A stretch of 40,436 nt of DNA from a virus. Below, piece after piece: positions 24,294-33,851 of the stretch. The position numbers were made by a program, and so were the translations under genes. Below the pieces are notes generated by a model. The model was not told where the DNA came from and did no database searches. It worked only from the letters and a program-made list of their open reading frames with translations. Location: positions 1 to 40,436 of IMG/VR virus record IMGVR_UViG_3300045921_000167; one strand, given 5' to 3'. Each line of letters begins with the position of its first letter. Positions within the stretch are counted from its first letter, which is position 1.

Positions 24294-25523
24294 ATGGCAT
24301 TACAAACATTTAACTGGGCTAATTTACCTGTTCAAGAATCACCTTATGGAAATCTGATTGAGGATATCTTCAAAGGATATCAAATTGGTCGTGCGCCAGA
24401 ACAAATGAATGAAGAACAACTTAAGAGGCAATTGGCTAATAAATTAAGCCAGATGGAAGTTGAGCATAAGCCGACTGAGTATGCGTTAGGAGATAAATCC
24501 AAACAACTAGCCATTGCTCTTCAGTCAGCAACATTAAACAACTTGCCTATGGAACAGCAATATAAACTTGAATTATTAAAACAGCGTATTGCCTCTGAGC
24601 AGCAGAAGGGCGTAAAAACTAAATTAATGGCTGATATATTACAAAAGTACATTAATAAAGATGCTCGAGAATCCCTGCAAGACAACGGCCAATCTGAGAT
24701 GCCTGTCGATACATCAGAAGACATGTCAAGGCAAGAACAAGCAAGAGCAGCAGAAGCAATGCTTGCATCAAAACTTGCTGGCTTTGATCCTAAAGTTATT
24801 GATGTTGATGGCGTTAAAACTGCGGTTACTCCTTTTGGTAATTTTCCATTGGCAAGAGGCCAAACTCCTTTGCAAAAGGAATTAACTAAACAAGATGCAA
24901 AAGCTATCGCAGATTTGGAAAATGTTGCTAGAAAAGGATTAGAGGCAGCTCCAACATTAGATCAACTTGCTGAAATAACTTCCAATCCCACATTTCAATC
25001 TATGCGGAAAAGTGATTTAGCACCCGGATTAGAATTGGAATATTATTTAAGAAAAGGAAGCCCAGAGCAAAAAGAATTGGCAGGTAATTTTTTAACTTAT
25101 GCTAATGCAATAATTAAAGATTCATCTAGGGATTTTGCTGGCCAATTCAGGGTAGGAGAACAAGAGCTTTTGGAAAAAATGAAATTAAGTCCAAAAGATA
25201 CATTACCCGTGGCTCAAGGAAAATTGGAGGCATTGATGTTAATGCGCCAATTAATGACAGATCGTGCGTCAATTGCATCTGATTTAGCAAGAAATCAAGG
25301 GATGTCTCCTTTAAAAGCAATTGAAACTGCTGAAAAAAGATTGGATGTTAAGAAAATAAAAGATGAAATAAAAAACAAAGTAGGCATAAAGTCAGCAAAC
25401 ATAAAATTACCAGAATGGGCTATAAAAAAAGGCTATTCTATGAAAGATGTAGAAGATACCGCCAAGCAGTATAATATGACAGTTGAGCAAGTCATAAGAA
25501 AAATGGAGGCTCATCGTGGTTGA
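24294..25523 (+). CDS. Internal virion / ejection-type protein candidate (409 aa)
   Basis: The ATG at 24294 follows GGAGG. The protein is helical and charged. Confidence 0.45.
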   Translation: MALQTFNWANLPVQESPYGNLIEDIFKGYQIGRAPEQMNEEQLKRQLANKLSQMEVEHKPTEYALGDKSKQLAIALQSATLNNLPMEQQYKLELLKQRIASEQQKGVKTKLMADILQKYINKDARESLQDNGQSEMPVDTSEDMSRQEQARAAEAMLASKLAGFDPKVIDVDGVKTAVTPFGNFPLARGQTPLQKELTKQDAKAIADLENVARKGLEAAPTLDQLAEITSNPTFQSMRKSDLAPGLELEYYLRKGSPEQKELAGNFLTYANAIIKDSSRDFAGQFRVGEQELLEKMKLSPKDTLPVAQGKLEALMLMRQLMTDRASIASDLARNQGMSPLKAIETAEKRLDVKKIKDEIKNKVGIKSANIKLPEWAIKKGYSMKDVEDTAKQYNMTVEQVIRKMEAHRG

Positions 25524-26682
25524 CATATTTAAACAAGAAGGAATAAAAATAGATGAGCCTGAAGATAGTGTATATAACAAATATATAAAGCCCGGATTGC
25601 AATATGAAGCTGGTCTTGGCCTTGGGTTAACTCAAGGATTAGTAAATGCTTTATCATCAGTTGGTAATTTAGCTCCAGAAGCTTATGAATTAATAACAGG
25701 TAAAGATGCCCCTCGCTTCCCAAAAGTTGATTTAATGCAATATGCACCAGAATCAAATGCTGCTCAAATTGGAGGAATGATTGGAGATCCAATTGGAGGA
25801 ATTGCTGCTCCCGGTGGACTGATAGCAAAAGGAGCAAGTAAATTACCATTAATAAAATCTTTGCCACAATCACTTAAGGCTGTTATTGGAGGTGGATTAG
25901 CAGGAGGCGCACTGAGCGAAAACCAAAGAGCATTAGGGACTGCCTTGGGAGCAGGGGTAAGCGCACTACCAGCAGTAGCAGGTGGGGTAGCCAGAGCATT
26001 TAAAATGCCAGATTTAAAACAGGGTGTAAGAGAAATTCAACAAAAATTTACTGAAAAAAAGAAAGATATTCAGAATGTATTTAAAGAAATCACAAAAGAA
26101 GTTGAAAAAAGAGGAATTAGTAAAGTTGATATTGATGATGATTTAATAGAGAAAGCAAAAACATTTTTACCAAAAGATGAAGCTACAAAATCATTAATCA
26201 AAAAGGCAAAAGAAGGCGATTATACTGCTTTGCGTGATTTGCAATCTGATTTAAGAAAACAAGCAGAAGAAGCATTGTCGTCTGAGTTTATGGCCGAACG
26301 CAATATGGCCAAAGAAATAAATGAAACTCGGACAAGAATAAATGATTCAATTAGTAATCATCTGGAAAGTAAAGGCCATCAAGATTTGGCAGAAGCACTT
26401 GAAAGAGCAAAATCAGATTATGCAAATATGCAGAGTACTTATTTTTCTGACCCACAATTAGCTAGGATATTTGGAAAATCAAAATACGTGCCAAGAAATC
26501 CGTTGACTACTTTTACAACAGAAAATATTTATTTTGAAAGATTTTTACAAGAACATCCAGAAATGGAGAAATTGATTTCTCAAGCTTTACGCTCAAAATC
26601 AAATAGAAAAAAGGGATGGTATGTTGGTGGATTATTAGGATTTGAAGGCGTACATGAGCTAGTAAATAAGTTAATGCGTTAA
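25516..26682 (+). CDS. Internal virion / ejection-type protein candidate with a Gly/Ala-rich hydrophobic region (GTG start)
   Basis: The GTG follows GGAGG by 6 nt and overlaps the upstream stop. Contains IGGMIGDPIGGIAAPGG...GGGLAGGAL...AGVSALPAVAGGVA. Confidence 0.45.
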   Translation: MVDIFKQEGIKIDEPEDSVYNKYIKPGLQYEAGLGLGLTQGLVNALSSVGNLAPEAYELITGKDAPRFPKVDLMQYAPESNAAQIGGMIGDPIGGIAAPGGLIAKGASKLPLIKSLPQSLKAVIGGGLAGGALSENQRALGTALGAGVSALPAVAGGVARAFKMPDLKQGVREIQQKFTEKKKDIQNVFKEITKEVEKRGISKVDIDDDLIEKAKTFLPKDEATKSLIKKAKEGDYTALRDLQSDLRKQAEEALSSEFMAERNMAKEINETRTRINDSISNHLESKGHQDLAEALERAKSDYANMQSTYFSDPQLARIFGKSKYVPRNPLTTFTTENIYFERFLQEHPEMEKLISQALRSKSNRKKGWYVGGLLGFEGVHELVNKLMR

Positions 26683-26744
26683 ATTTTATTTTAATTAATG
26701 TATAAATTTTGTATAATATAGCATTAAAATTTGAGGTAATAAAA
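26683..26744 (+). promoter_or_regulatory. Candidate promoter ahead of the tail-fibre genes
   Basis: A perfect TATAAT at 26712-26717 is immediately preceded by TG, in an AT-rich 160-nt gap. Confidence 0.3.
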
Positions 26745-26810
26745 ATGTCAACATTTATCGCTCTTTTAATGTTTATAGGTGGAGTTTGGTTAATGACTTC
26801 AATGGAATAA
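26745..26810 (+). CDS. Possible 21-aa hydrophobic micropeptide
   Basis: GAGGT SD, sequence MSTFIALLMFIGGVWLMTSME. It is too short to support firmly. Confidence 0.2.
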   Translation: MSTFIALLMFIGGVWLMTSME

Positions 26811-26842
26811 AAACTATTTAAGACAAAGCAAAAGGACTTGCA

Positions 26843-29017
26843 ATGGCTCTTGATCCATATTTCATTCCAGCGTTTAGCTTGGAAACAGTTTTTCTTGATA
26901 AAGATACAGGAGAACCTCTGTCTGGTGGTTTGGTATATTTTTATGAAGATGCTCAACGGGGCAATCTAAAGCCAGTTTATCAATTAACAGGAACTAGTCC
27001 AAATTATCAATATACTCAATTACCAAACCCAATGACATTGAGTTCTATAGGGACATTTCAGGATTCTTTGGGCAACCCGATTATTCCTTACTTTTTTCCA
27101 TTTAACGCAGAATTTGAACCAGAATATTATTTTGTTTATGTAACAGATGCCGGTGGTGTTGAGCAAATGTCTAGAGAGGCAGTTCCTTACATACCACAAG
27201 AACTGAACCCATCTGAAATGGCGATTAGTTATACCAACGAATTATCTAATCCTCAATTTGCAGACGTTTCATTTGATACGAGTACAGCAACATATACATA
27301 CAATTTCACTGGAGCAGCCCTAGAGGCCGTTGAATTAGCCCCCGGATGGGATTTAGTGGTTACTGGAACTGGTTCTGTAACAGTTTCCCAAGAAACACCA
27401 CAAGGCCAAAATAACTTACCTACCAATCCGGGAACTTATTTAAAAATAACGTCTGCTGGAATCACTGTATTGCGCTTAAGACAGAGATTAATTGGCTCGC
27501 CTAACTTATTTGCCAACAGTCGTGTATCTTTTACTATGATGGCAGCCACGGATTCAGGAAGTGCAGTGGTAAGTGCCTATTATTTACCTTCGAGTGGTAT
27601 TGCTGATCCGGGTACTTTAATTGGTAACATGACATTAACTACAACATTTGGTGAAAAATACGCCAATGTTTTGATTCCTGCATCGGCCAGCCCAGATACA
27701 TTCCCTGATGGATATGTTGATATATTTTTAAGTCTTCCTGTTTCTACAACATTAAATATTACCAGCATTCAATTAGTTTCGACAGGAGATACAGCAGTTT
27801 CAAATGTTCCTTATGATCAGGTAAGCAATGAAAGGCAAACTGATTTTCTGTATTGGTTTGATAAACCTTTATTAGAATACAAGCCAATACCAAGCATATT
27901 AACCGCATGGGATTTCCCTTTAAACCCAGCTCAAGCACGTGGCACATCAATGAATATTGAAATAGCCCCCACTGCTGCAAATTGCTATATATGGGATCAG
28001 CTTATTTCCAAGAGTGTCGCAGGAAACGTGGCGGTTGCCAGAAATGCGGTTACGGGAGGAATACAATGTACTACTGCAAACAATAATGAAGCGTTTTATT
28101 TCTTACAATACTTATCAGGAAATCAGGCAAAAGAAATTCTTGGTACACGTTTATCGGTCAACATTAATGCTTGGCGCACCCAAGCTGGTGGGGATGTTAC
28201 TGTTCATGCATATCTTTATAGAGGAAGTTCATCAGCAAGCATTCCAACATTGCCAACAACGATAGGCACAACTAATGCTAATGGCATATTTTCTTTAACT
28301 GCTGCGAATTGGTCTGAAATACCACGCTCGAACAAAGGCACAGCAGTGGGTACATTATCAACTGTAAGAACGACTAATTATGAAGACTTAAATGATGTAG
28401 TGGATTTGTCTTTTAACGGATGGGAAATTACGGATGGCACACAAATTAGTGACACTGATAAATTTGCAATTGTAATAACTTTTTCTTGTCCCACTACAGG
28501 TACAGTTGTCGTAGTAGATTCCATCTCATGCGTAAAAGGCGATATACCAACTAGACCTGCGCCACAAACAATCGATCAGGTATTACATGAATGTGAATAT
28601 TATTATGAAAAAAGTACAGCAACAAATGTTTTAGTAACAAGTGGAGGATTGGATAATTCATTATTTTTGTTGCAAGAATATTTTGTATCAGGAGCGGTTC
28701 TTTATTTAATTAATTCTCCATTTGGGGTTAGGTACAACACCGAAAAAAGAATAACAATAACACCCACAATTTATGATACGGGGGGATCGTCAGGAAATGT
28801 GACTGGATATACTTATGGGGATGGATCACAGATTGGCACTGGTCAAATACCTATAGCAAGATGGACATTGACTGGGCAAAGAACAAAAGGATTTACTTAT
28901 GTTCCTAATGCATCGGGCGCAGTCGAATTTATTGGTGCTGCACATGGAGCAACAACAAGATATAGTGCAGCTATAAGATTTCATTATTCTGCTGATGCTC
29001 GTTTAGGGATAGTTTAA
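26843..29017 (+). CDS. Tail fibre / tailspike-type receptor-binding protein (724 aa)
   Basis: AAGGA SD. It is the largest distal structural gene, Ser/Thr/Gly/Asn-rich with beta-type composition. Confidence 0.6.
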   Translation: MALDPYFIPAFSLETVFLDKDTGEPLSGGLVYFYEDAQRGNLKPVYQLTGTSPNYQYTQLPNPMTLSSIGTFQDSLGNPIIPYFFPFNAEFEPEYYFVYVTDAGGVEQMSREAVPYIPQELNPSEMAISYTNELSNPQFADVSFDTSTATYTYNFTGAALEAVELAPGWDLVVTGTGSVTVSQETPQGQNNLPTNPGTYLKITSAGITVLRLRQRLIGSPNLFANSRVSFTMMAATDSGSAVVSAYYLPSSGIADPGTLIGNMTLTTTFGEKYANVLIPASASPDTFPDGYVDIFLSLPVSTTLNITSIQLVSTGDTAVSNVPYDQVSNERQTDFLYWFDKPLLEYKPIPSILTAWDFPLNPAQARGTSMNIEIAPTAANCYIWDQLISKSVAGNVAVARNAVTGGIQCTTANNNEAFYFLQYLSGNQAKEILGTRLSVNINAWRTQAGGDVTVHAYLYRGSSSASIPTLPTTIGTTNANGIFSLTAANWSEIPRSNKGTAVGTLSTVRTTNYEDLNDVVDLSFNGWEITDGTQISDTDKFAIVITFSCPTTGTVVVVDSISCVKGDIPTRPAPQTIDQVLHECEYYYEKSTATNVLVTSGGLDNSLFLLQEYFVSGAVLYLINSPFGVRYNTEKRITITPTIYDTGGSSGNVTGYTYGDGSQIGTGQIPIARWTLTGQRTKGFTYVPNASGAVEFIGAAHGATTRYSAAIRFHYSADARLGIV

Positions 29018-29029
29018 TAAGGACATAAC

Positions 29030-29419
29030 ATGACCACTTTATATAAAATACAAAATGACATTGCTGGTTACAATGGATTTGGATTACCAGTAAGTGATAC
29101 AAAATTTACTGCTAGTCTTGCAGCAACTACAGATACAACATTGGCAGTACCAAATGGGGCAGCCATGGGAATGCCATTAAATCAGGTTAATCGTTTTTTA
29201 GCGATCATAAGTGTTGAGTCTGGTGGCAATGTATATTTTGCAGTGAATGCAACGGCTGCTGTGCCTGCGGGAGCAACATTTGCATCATCAACTTCTGAAT
29301 TAATCGTAGGCGGACAATATTTTGCTCGTGAAGTATTGGCAACAGACGTGTTGCATTTCTTTACTGCAACTGCTGCTACAGATGTAAGTGTGACTTTTTA
29401 CGCATTAAACGCTAGTTAA
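29030..29419 (+). CDS. Structural-module protein (129 aa)
   Basis: AAGGA SD, Ala/Thr-rich, located between two fibre genes. Confidence 0.5.
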   Translation: MTTLYKIQNDIAGYNGFGLPVSDTKFTASLAATTDTTLAVPNGAAMGMPLNQVNRFLAIISVESGGNVYFAVNATAAVPAGATFASSTSELIVGGQYFAREVLATDVLHFFTATAATDVSVTFYALNAS

Positions 29420-29438
29420 TAGACAAGGAGCGTCAGTT

Positions 29439-30773
29439 ATGGCATTAGTTCCTGATCAAAAGTTCAGTACTTTTGACAATGGAGGTGATTTACAAGTCGG
29501 CGACATTATTGTCGGTTTGCGTAATGGCCTCAATACCAGATTTAATTATACTGGGCAACTTCCTTTAGGTTTTATTGTCCCTGTTTCTCAAGGTGGGACA
29601 GATGCCAACAACGTGGTGGATGCAAGAACCAATCTTGGTTTAGGCACAATGGCCACGCAGAATGCCAATAACGTGAATATTACTGGCGGTGTTGCTGCTT
29701 TAACCAGTTTAACTCTAGCAACTGCTTTGGCTAAATCATCTGGTGGCACAGGGGTCACTTCTGCAACCACAACTCCAACAGCCAATGAATTTGCAGCATG
29801 GGATGCCGATTCCAACTTAAGAGCTAATAATTTTATTGAAAGATTTGCAACTACTGCAACGGCTGGTGGAACAACTACTTTAACAGTATCCAGTGCTGGA
29901 ATTCAGGAGTTTACCGGTACATTAACACAAACTGTAGTAATGCCAGTTACCACAACTTTAATTGCAGGACACCAATTTGTAATTATCAATAATTCCAGTG
30001 GGAATTTAACAATTAATTCATCTGGTGGTAACTTGATTTTGACAATGGCTGCTAACACAACTGCTTTTATAACTTGCGTTGTGGCAAGTGGTACAGGAGC
30101 AGCATCTTGGAATGCCAGTTATGTGTTCGATCAGGGAGCAGGGGTATTATCAATAACTGGAACGGCTAATCAGATTGCTGCAAGTTCGTCAATGGGAAAC
30201 GTAACATTAAGTTTGCCAGCAGCCTTAGATTTTCCGGGCACGTTTACAGTACAGAATACAGTAGATATTGATGAAATCCTTGATGAAGACAACATGGTTT
30301 CGGATAGTCCGACCGCATTGGCTACACAGCAAAGTATTAAAGCTTATGTTGATAACGCTGTTACCAACTTAGGAATTATTACGGACTGGGTAGCTTACAC
30401 TCCGACATTTCAGGGATTTGGATCGCCCTCATCGATACAAGTTTATTCACGTAGGGTTGGTGATACACTTCAAATCAGAGGCCGATTTACGAGCGGAACA
30501 ACCACAGGTTCGCAAGCAAGGATGACATTAGGGTATAATGGCACAAACTCAAATGTCACATCATCAAATACAAAAATAACTGGAATACAAAGAGCCGGAT
30601 CATTTTCATTTTACACAGCAAGCATACTTATTCAAGCCAATGTCGGGTATGTTACTTTTTCAGCTACAACTTCGATTGCAAATTCTATAGTACCTCTCAA
30701 CGGCAATGCATTGTTTAACAATGGTGATGTATTAACATTTATGATCGAAGTGCCAGTTGATACTTGGCCATAG
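29439..30773 (+). CDS. Tail fibre protein
   Basis: N-terminal FSTFDNGGDLQVGDIIVGLRNG, then SQGGTDANNVVDARTNLGLG and SDSPTALATQQSIKAYVDN. All are recurring tail-fibre motifs. Confidence 0.75.
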   Translation: MALVPDQKFSTFDNGGDLQVGDIIVGLRNGLNTRFNYTGQLPLGFIVPVSQGGTDANNVVDARTNLGLGTMATQNANNVNITGGVAALTSLTLATALAKSSGGTGVTSATTTPTANEFAAWDADSNLRANNFIERFATTATAGGTTTLTVSSAGIQEFTGTLTQTVVMPVTTTLIAGHQFVIINNSSGNLTINSSGGNLILTMAANTTAFITCVVASGTGAASWNASYVFDQGAGVLSITGTANQIAASSSMGNVTLSLPAALDFPGTFTVQNTVDIDEILDEDNMVSDSPTALATQQSIKAYVDNAVTNLGIITDWVAYTPTFQGFGSPSSIQVYSRRVGDTLQIRGRFTSGTTTGSQARMTLGYNGTNSNVTSSNTKITGIQRAGSFSFYTASILIQANVGYVTFSATTSIANSIVPLNGNALFNNGDVLTFMIEVPVDTWP

Positions 30774-30781
30774 GAGACATA

Positions 30782-31009
30782 ATGAAGCGAGTATGGGTTA
30801 ACAAAGATAATGTAATTATAAAAATTTTAGAAGAAAACATTGATGTTACTTCCGTTCGTATAGAAATAGTCCCTGACGACTGCGAAATAGGATGCCAGTA
30901 TATTGATGGTCAATGGATTCCAAGGCCAAAAAATGATTTGGAAAAGAAAATTGAAGCATTGGGAAAGGCTGTTTTAACTGGCGATAAAAGCGATTTAGAA
31001 GCATTATAG
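30782..31009 (+). CDS. Small protein after the tail fibre gene (possible fibre assembly factor)
   Basis: The ATG at 30782 follows GGAGA. Assigned by position only. Confidence 0.4.
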   Translation: MKRVWVNKDNVIIKILEENIDVTSVRIEIVPDDCEIGCQYIDGQWIPRPKNDLEKKIEALGKAVLTGDKSDLEAL

Positions 31010-31043
31010 AATAAACTCATTAACTCTTTATAAGGACATAAAG

Positions 31044-31733
31044 ATGGCAATTTTAAGCATAAATAGTTATCCAGCAGGTTTAGTCGATGTAAATCCAACC
31101 ATCCTTTACATCAACACAAACGACACCATAGCAACAGTAACTGCTGCTGGTTACCTTAATAAAGCAGTTCAGCAAGGATTTGTTGTTAATGAATATATGA
31201 AAGCATTAGTTGCAACAAAAACATCACCAAACGCAACTGCTGTTGCTGTTACTTGGTATGACGTTTCCAAGGTTGGTGATGACTGGTCATTAACAGCATC
31301 CAACGAGCAACTGCTATTGCCAAGTGCTCAACTATTTGTTGGCAATGCTTCTGGTGTAGCTCAAGCAAGAGACTTATCCGGGGATGCAACAATTTCTAAT
31401 ACTGGCGTATTGACCATTGCTAACAATGCGATTACAACTGCAAAAATACTTAATGCTAACGTAACTTTAGCAAAATTAGCTGCGGGTATTACTCCAAGTC
31501 ACATTATCAAATTTGCTGGGAAAGAAAACAATGGTGGTGGTTCTGCAACAATTGCAATTACTGTGACCGGTGCTCTCGCTAGTGATATTGCATTTGCACA
31601 AGTTCAAGCAAGTACTAACGCAGTAAGCGTTCAAAAGGTTACTCCAAGTGCTGATACTGTAACAGTGCTCTTGTCAGGGGATCCCGGTGCTGCTACAGTC
31701 ATTTCCTACGAAGTTTTAAGGGCTGCTGCATAA
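31044..31733 (+). CDS. Tail-fibre-like structural protein (229 aa)
   Basis: Contains ISNTGVLTIANNAITTAKILNANVTLAKLAAGI, a fibre-type repeat. AAGGA SD. Confidence 0.55.
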   Translation: MAILSINSYPAGLVDVNPTILYINTNDTIATVTAAGYLNKAVQQGFVVNEYMKALVATKTSPNATAVAVTWYDVSKVGDDWSLTASNEQLLLPSAQLFVGNASGVAQARDLSGDATISNTGVLTIANNAITTAKILNANVTLAKLAAGITPSHIIKFAGKENNGGGSATIAITVTGALASDIAFAQVQASTNAVSVQKVTPSADTVTVLLSGDPGAATVISYEVLRAAA

Positions 31734-31942
31734 TGGAATTAACTTTGGAAGAATTAAAAAGAAGATTGGAATTAATTGAAACACAAATGACTCAGACTGC
31801 TAACTTATACCAACAGTTAGCAGGGCATAAGGATGAGATAGAGCATTGGATGAAACGATGGCATGAGGATAATTTTAAAAAACAAACAACGCCTAGTGAC
31901 ATTGATTCATCAAATGCGGTAGAATCCGAAACTGACTTATAG
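31733..31942 (+). CDS. Hypothetical coiled-coil protein (69 aa)
   Basis: TAATG coupling to the upstream gene. Confidence 0.45.
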   Translation: MELTLEELKRRLELIETQMTQTANLYQQLAGHKDEIEHWMKRWHEDNFKKQTTPSDIDSSNAVESETDL

Positions 31943-31998
31943 AGTTTTTAAAACAGTCCATATTCTTTGAAAACAATACGTTCTATAAGTCTATGGGC

Positions 31999-32040
31999 GT
32001 GGGGAGCTTGTCTTTCTGCGTCCCCCACTTCTCTAATTTA
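31999..32040 (+). terminator. Candidate intrinsic terminator after the tail genes
   Basis: GTGGGG (31999-32004) pairs with CCCCAC (32023-32028), followed by the T-rich TTCTCTAATTTATTTT. Confidence 0.4.
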
Positions 32041-32079
32041 TTTTCATTGATATAATCTCCTTATTAATTAAGGAAGATT
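32041..32079 (+). promoter_or_regulatory. Candidate promoter and SD for the lysis cassette
   Basis: Perfect TATAAT at 32051-32056 and AAGGAAG SD before the ATG at 32080. Confidence 0.3.
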
Positions 32080-32613
32080 ATGCGCATACAAAGGAATTTA
32101 TTTTTATTTATAATAATTGCATTGGCTGTATTTTTACTTGCCTCTTGCTTATTGCCACGAACCAAAGAACACACGGTTTACTTTATTAACGAAGCATGTA
32201 TTAAACCTTACAAGGATTATACTTACCGTACTTGTGATAACTTATATGTTTTGATCGATGGTGATGAATATGTCATACCAAAGAATTTTAAGACGAATTT
32301 GGCTTCTATTCCGCGTATCCTTTGGACGTTTTATCCTCCACAGTATTCCAGTTACGTTGCCCCAGCTATCGTACATGACTTTTTTTATCATTGCCCTAAT
32401 GGTGTGGATAGAAGATTTGCTGATGAAGTCTTCTATGATGCATTGAGGTCGCAAGGAGTTTCCTCAAGGACAGCAATTAAATTTTATACGGCTGTTAGAT
32501 TATTTGGTTTTGTTCATTTTGATAAAAACAATCAATGTTACGAAGGGATCAAATTAAGTTCAGATGAATTTGAAATGGATTGGCGATTAAAGGGTGAATC
32601 ATGGACGAGCTAA
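32080..32613 (+). CDS. DUF1353-family lipoprotein
   Basis: Signal peptide with lipobox LLASC. The SIPRILWTF...YVAPAIVHDFFY motif is characteristic of DUF1353. Confidence 0.7.
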   Translation: MRIQRNLFLFIIIALAVFLLASCLLPRTKEHTVYFINEACIKPYKDYTYRTCDNLYVLIDGDEYVIPKNFKTNLASIPRILWTFYPPQYSSYVAPAIVHDFFYHCPNGVDRRFADEVFYDALRSQGVSSRTAIKFYTAVRLFGFVHFDKNNQCYEGIKLSSDEFEMDWRLKGESWTS

Positions 32614-33146
32614 CACCAGAAGGGCGTTTTCAGCATTGCGTTAACATAATTATTCAGCATGAAGGGGCATTATCGTTACATGCTCGTGATCCCGGTGGAA
32701 TTACTCATTGGGGGGTATCATTGCGATTTTTAAGAACCATAGGATTAGATGTTGATGGTGATAATGATGTTGATGCAGATGACATCATTGCTTTAACACG
32801 TCCCGGAGCTGAACAAATATACCGCAAGCATTGGTGGGATAAATATCATTATGCAGCTTTTAATGAGTTAGTAGTAGTAGAGAAGGTTTTTGATATGGCG
32901 GTCAATATGGGTGGACGTGCTGCTCATAGACTTTTGCAAATAGCTATAAATCGACTCAATGAAAAACCAATTGCTGTTGATGGTATTTTGGGTGGTATCA
33001 CATTCGGAGCAGCCAATAAAACCGATCCTATTGCTTTAAGGCAAGAATTAAGGGAATGCGCCAAGCATAGATATATTGAAATACTATCCAAGAATAAGCA
33101 TCTGGAAGTATTTCGTAAAGGCTGGATGAATAGAGCTGCATTCTAA
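32601..33146 (+). CDS. Endolysin: GH108 muramidase with a PG_binding_3 domain
   Basis: QHEGALSLHARDPGGITHWGVS is the GH108 catalytic region. C-terminal AVDGILGGITFGAANK. Confidence 0.85.
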   Translation: MDELTPEGRFQHCVNIIIQHEGALSLHARDPGGITHWGVSLRFLRTIGLDVDGDNDVDADDIIALTRPGAEQIYRKHWWDKYHYAAFNELVVVEKVFDMAVNMGGRAAHRLLQIAINRLNEKPIAVDGILGGITFGAANKTDPIALRQELRECAKHRYIEILSKNKHLEVFRKGWMNRAAF

Positions 33147-33511
33147 TGCGATTACAGCCAGAAGAAGCCATCATGGTGGCAGTATTTGATTATGTGCGTC
33201 TAATCAAGATGGACAGGTATATTTGGCATATAGCCAATGAACGCAAGACATCTCCTCAGTATGGGCTTAAATTAAAGCGTATGGGCGTTAAGTCTGGTGT
33301 TAGTGATATCTTTGTGGCAATACCAAAGAAAGAGTTTCATGGCCTTTTTATTGAAGTTAAGACAAAGAAAGGAAGACTTACGGAGTCTCAAAAAACATTT
33401 ATTAATGACATGCTGGAAATGGGATATTATGCTGTTGCCTGTTATGGAATTGAGGATGTATTAGACACCCTCAACTGGTATCTTAAATTGCCGAATTTTT
33501 CACAATCTTAA
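33146..33511 (+). CDS. VRR-NUC domain nuclease
   Basis: GVSDIFVAIP...GLFIEVKTKKGRLTESQKTFINDMLEMGYYAVAC is the PD-(D/E)xK VRR-NUC pattern. Confidence 0.8.
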   Translation: MRLQPEEAIMVAVFDYVRLIKMDRYIWHIANERKTSPQYGLKLKRMGVKSGVSDIFVAIPKKEFHGLFIEVKTKKGRLTESQKTFINDMLEMGYYAVACYGIEDVLDTLNWYLKLPNFSQS

Positions 33512-33851
33512 GAGGTTTTTCATCTTCTGGAATTTCAGGATCAGCAGCATAAAGCAATGCTGACAATTGCGCATAGTTTAGGTTTCTCAAAGATTTAATA
33601 CCCTTTTTTACCTTAAGTTTTTCTCTATCAAATCTTTTGTAATATAAAACAAATCCATTTGTGTCCCAAAACAAGCATTTAATTTTATCCATGTTTTTAT
33701 TGTAAAAAACATAAATAGAGCCATCATACAAATGCGTTTCTTTATTTGATTTAATTAATGCTGACAATGAATCTATCGACATTCTAAAATCAATAGGCTC
33801 CCCAGCAAGATAAATCTTCCTTTGGTCGGCAGGTAATAAAATATTTTCCAT
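33483..33851 (-). CDS. IS66 Orf2 (TnpB_IS66)-like protein
   Basis: RKIYLAGEPIDFRMSIDSLSALI..DGSIYVFYNKNMDKIKCLFWDTNGFVLYYKRFDREKL...LNYAQLSALL aligns by eye along its full length to IS66-family Orf2 (e.g. IWL..DMR.G.NGLA..GHLFIF..R.D.IKVLW.D.DG.CLF.KRLERG.F.....L..AQLSMLL). Confidence 0.8.
   Translation of the reverse strand: MENILLPADQRKIYLAGEPIDFRMSIDSLSALIKSNKETHLYDGSIYVFYNKNMDKIKCLFWDTNGFVLYYKRFDREKLKVKKGIKSLRNLNYAQLSALLYAADPEIPEDEKPLKIVKNSAI

Noticed and set aside
26513-26956. 147-aa minus-strand ORF spanning the 26683-26842 gap
   Set aside because: It runs antisense through the ends of two well-supported + strand structural genes and an AT-rich gap. Its composition (Ile/Lys/Phe/Asn-rich) is typical of spurious AT-rich ORFs.
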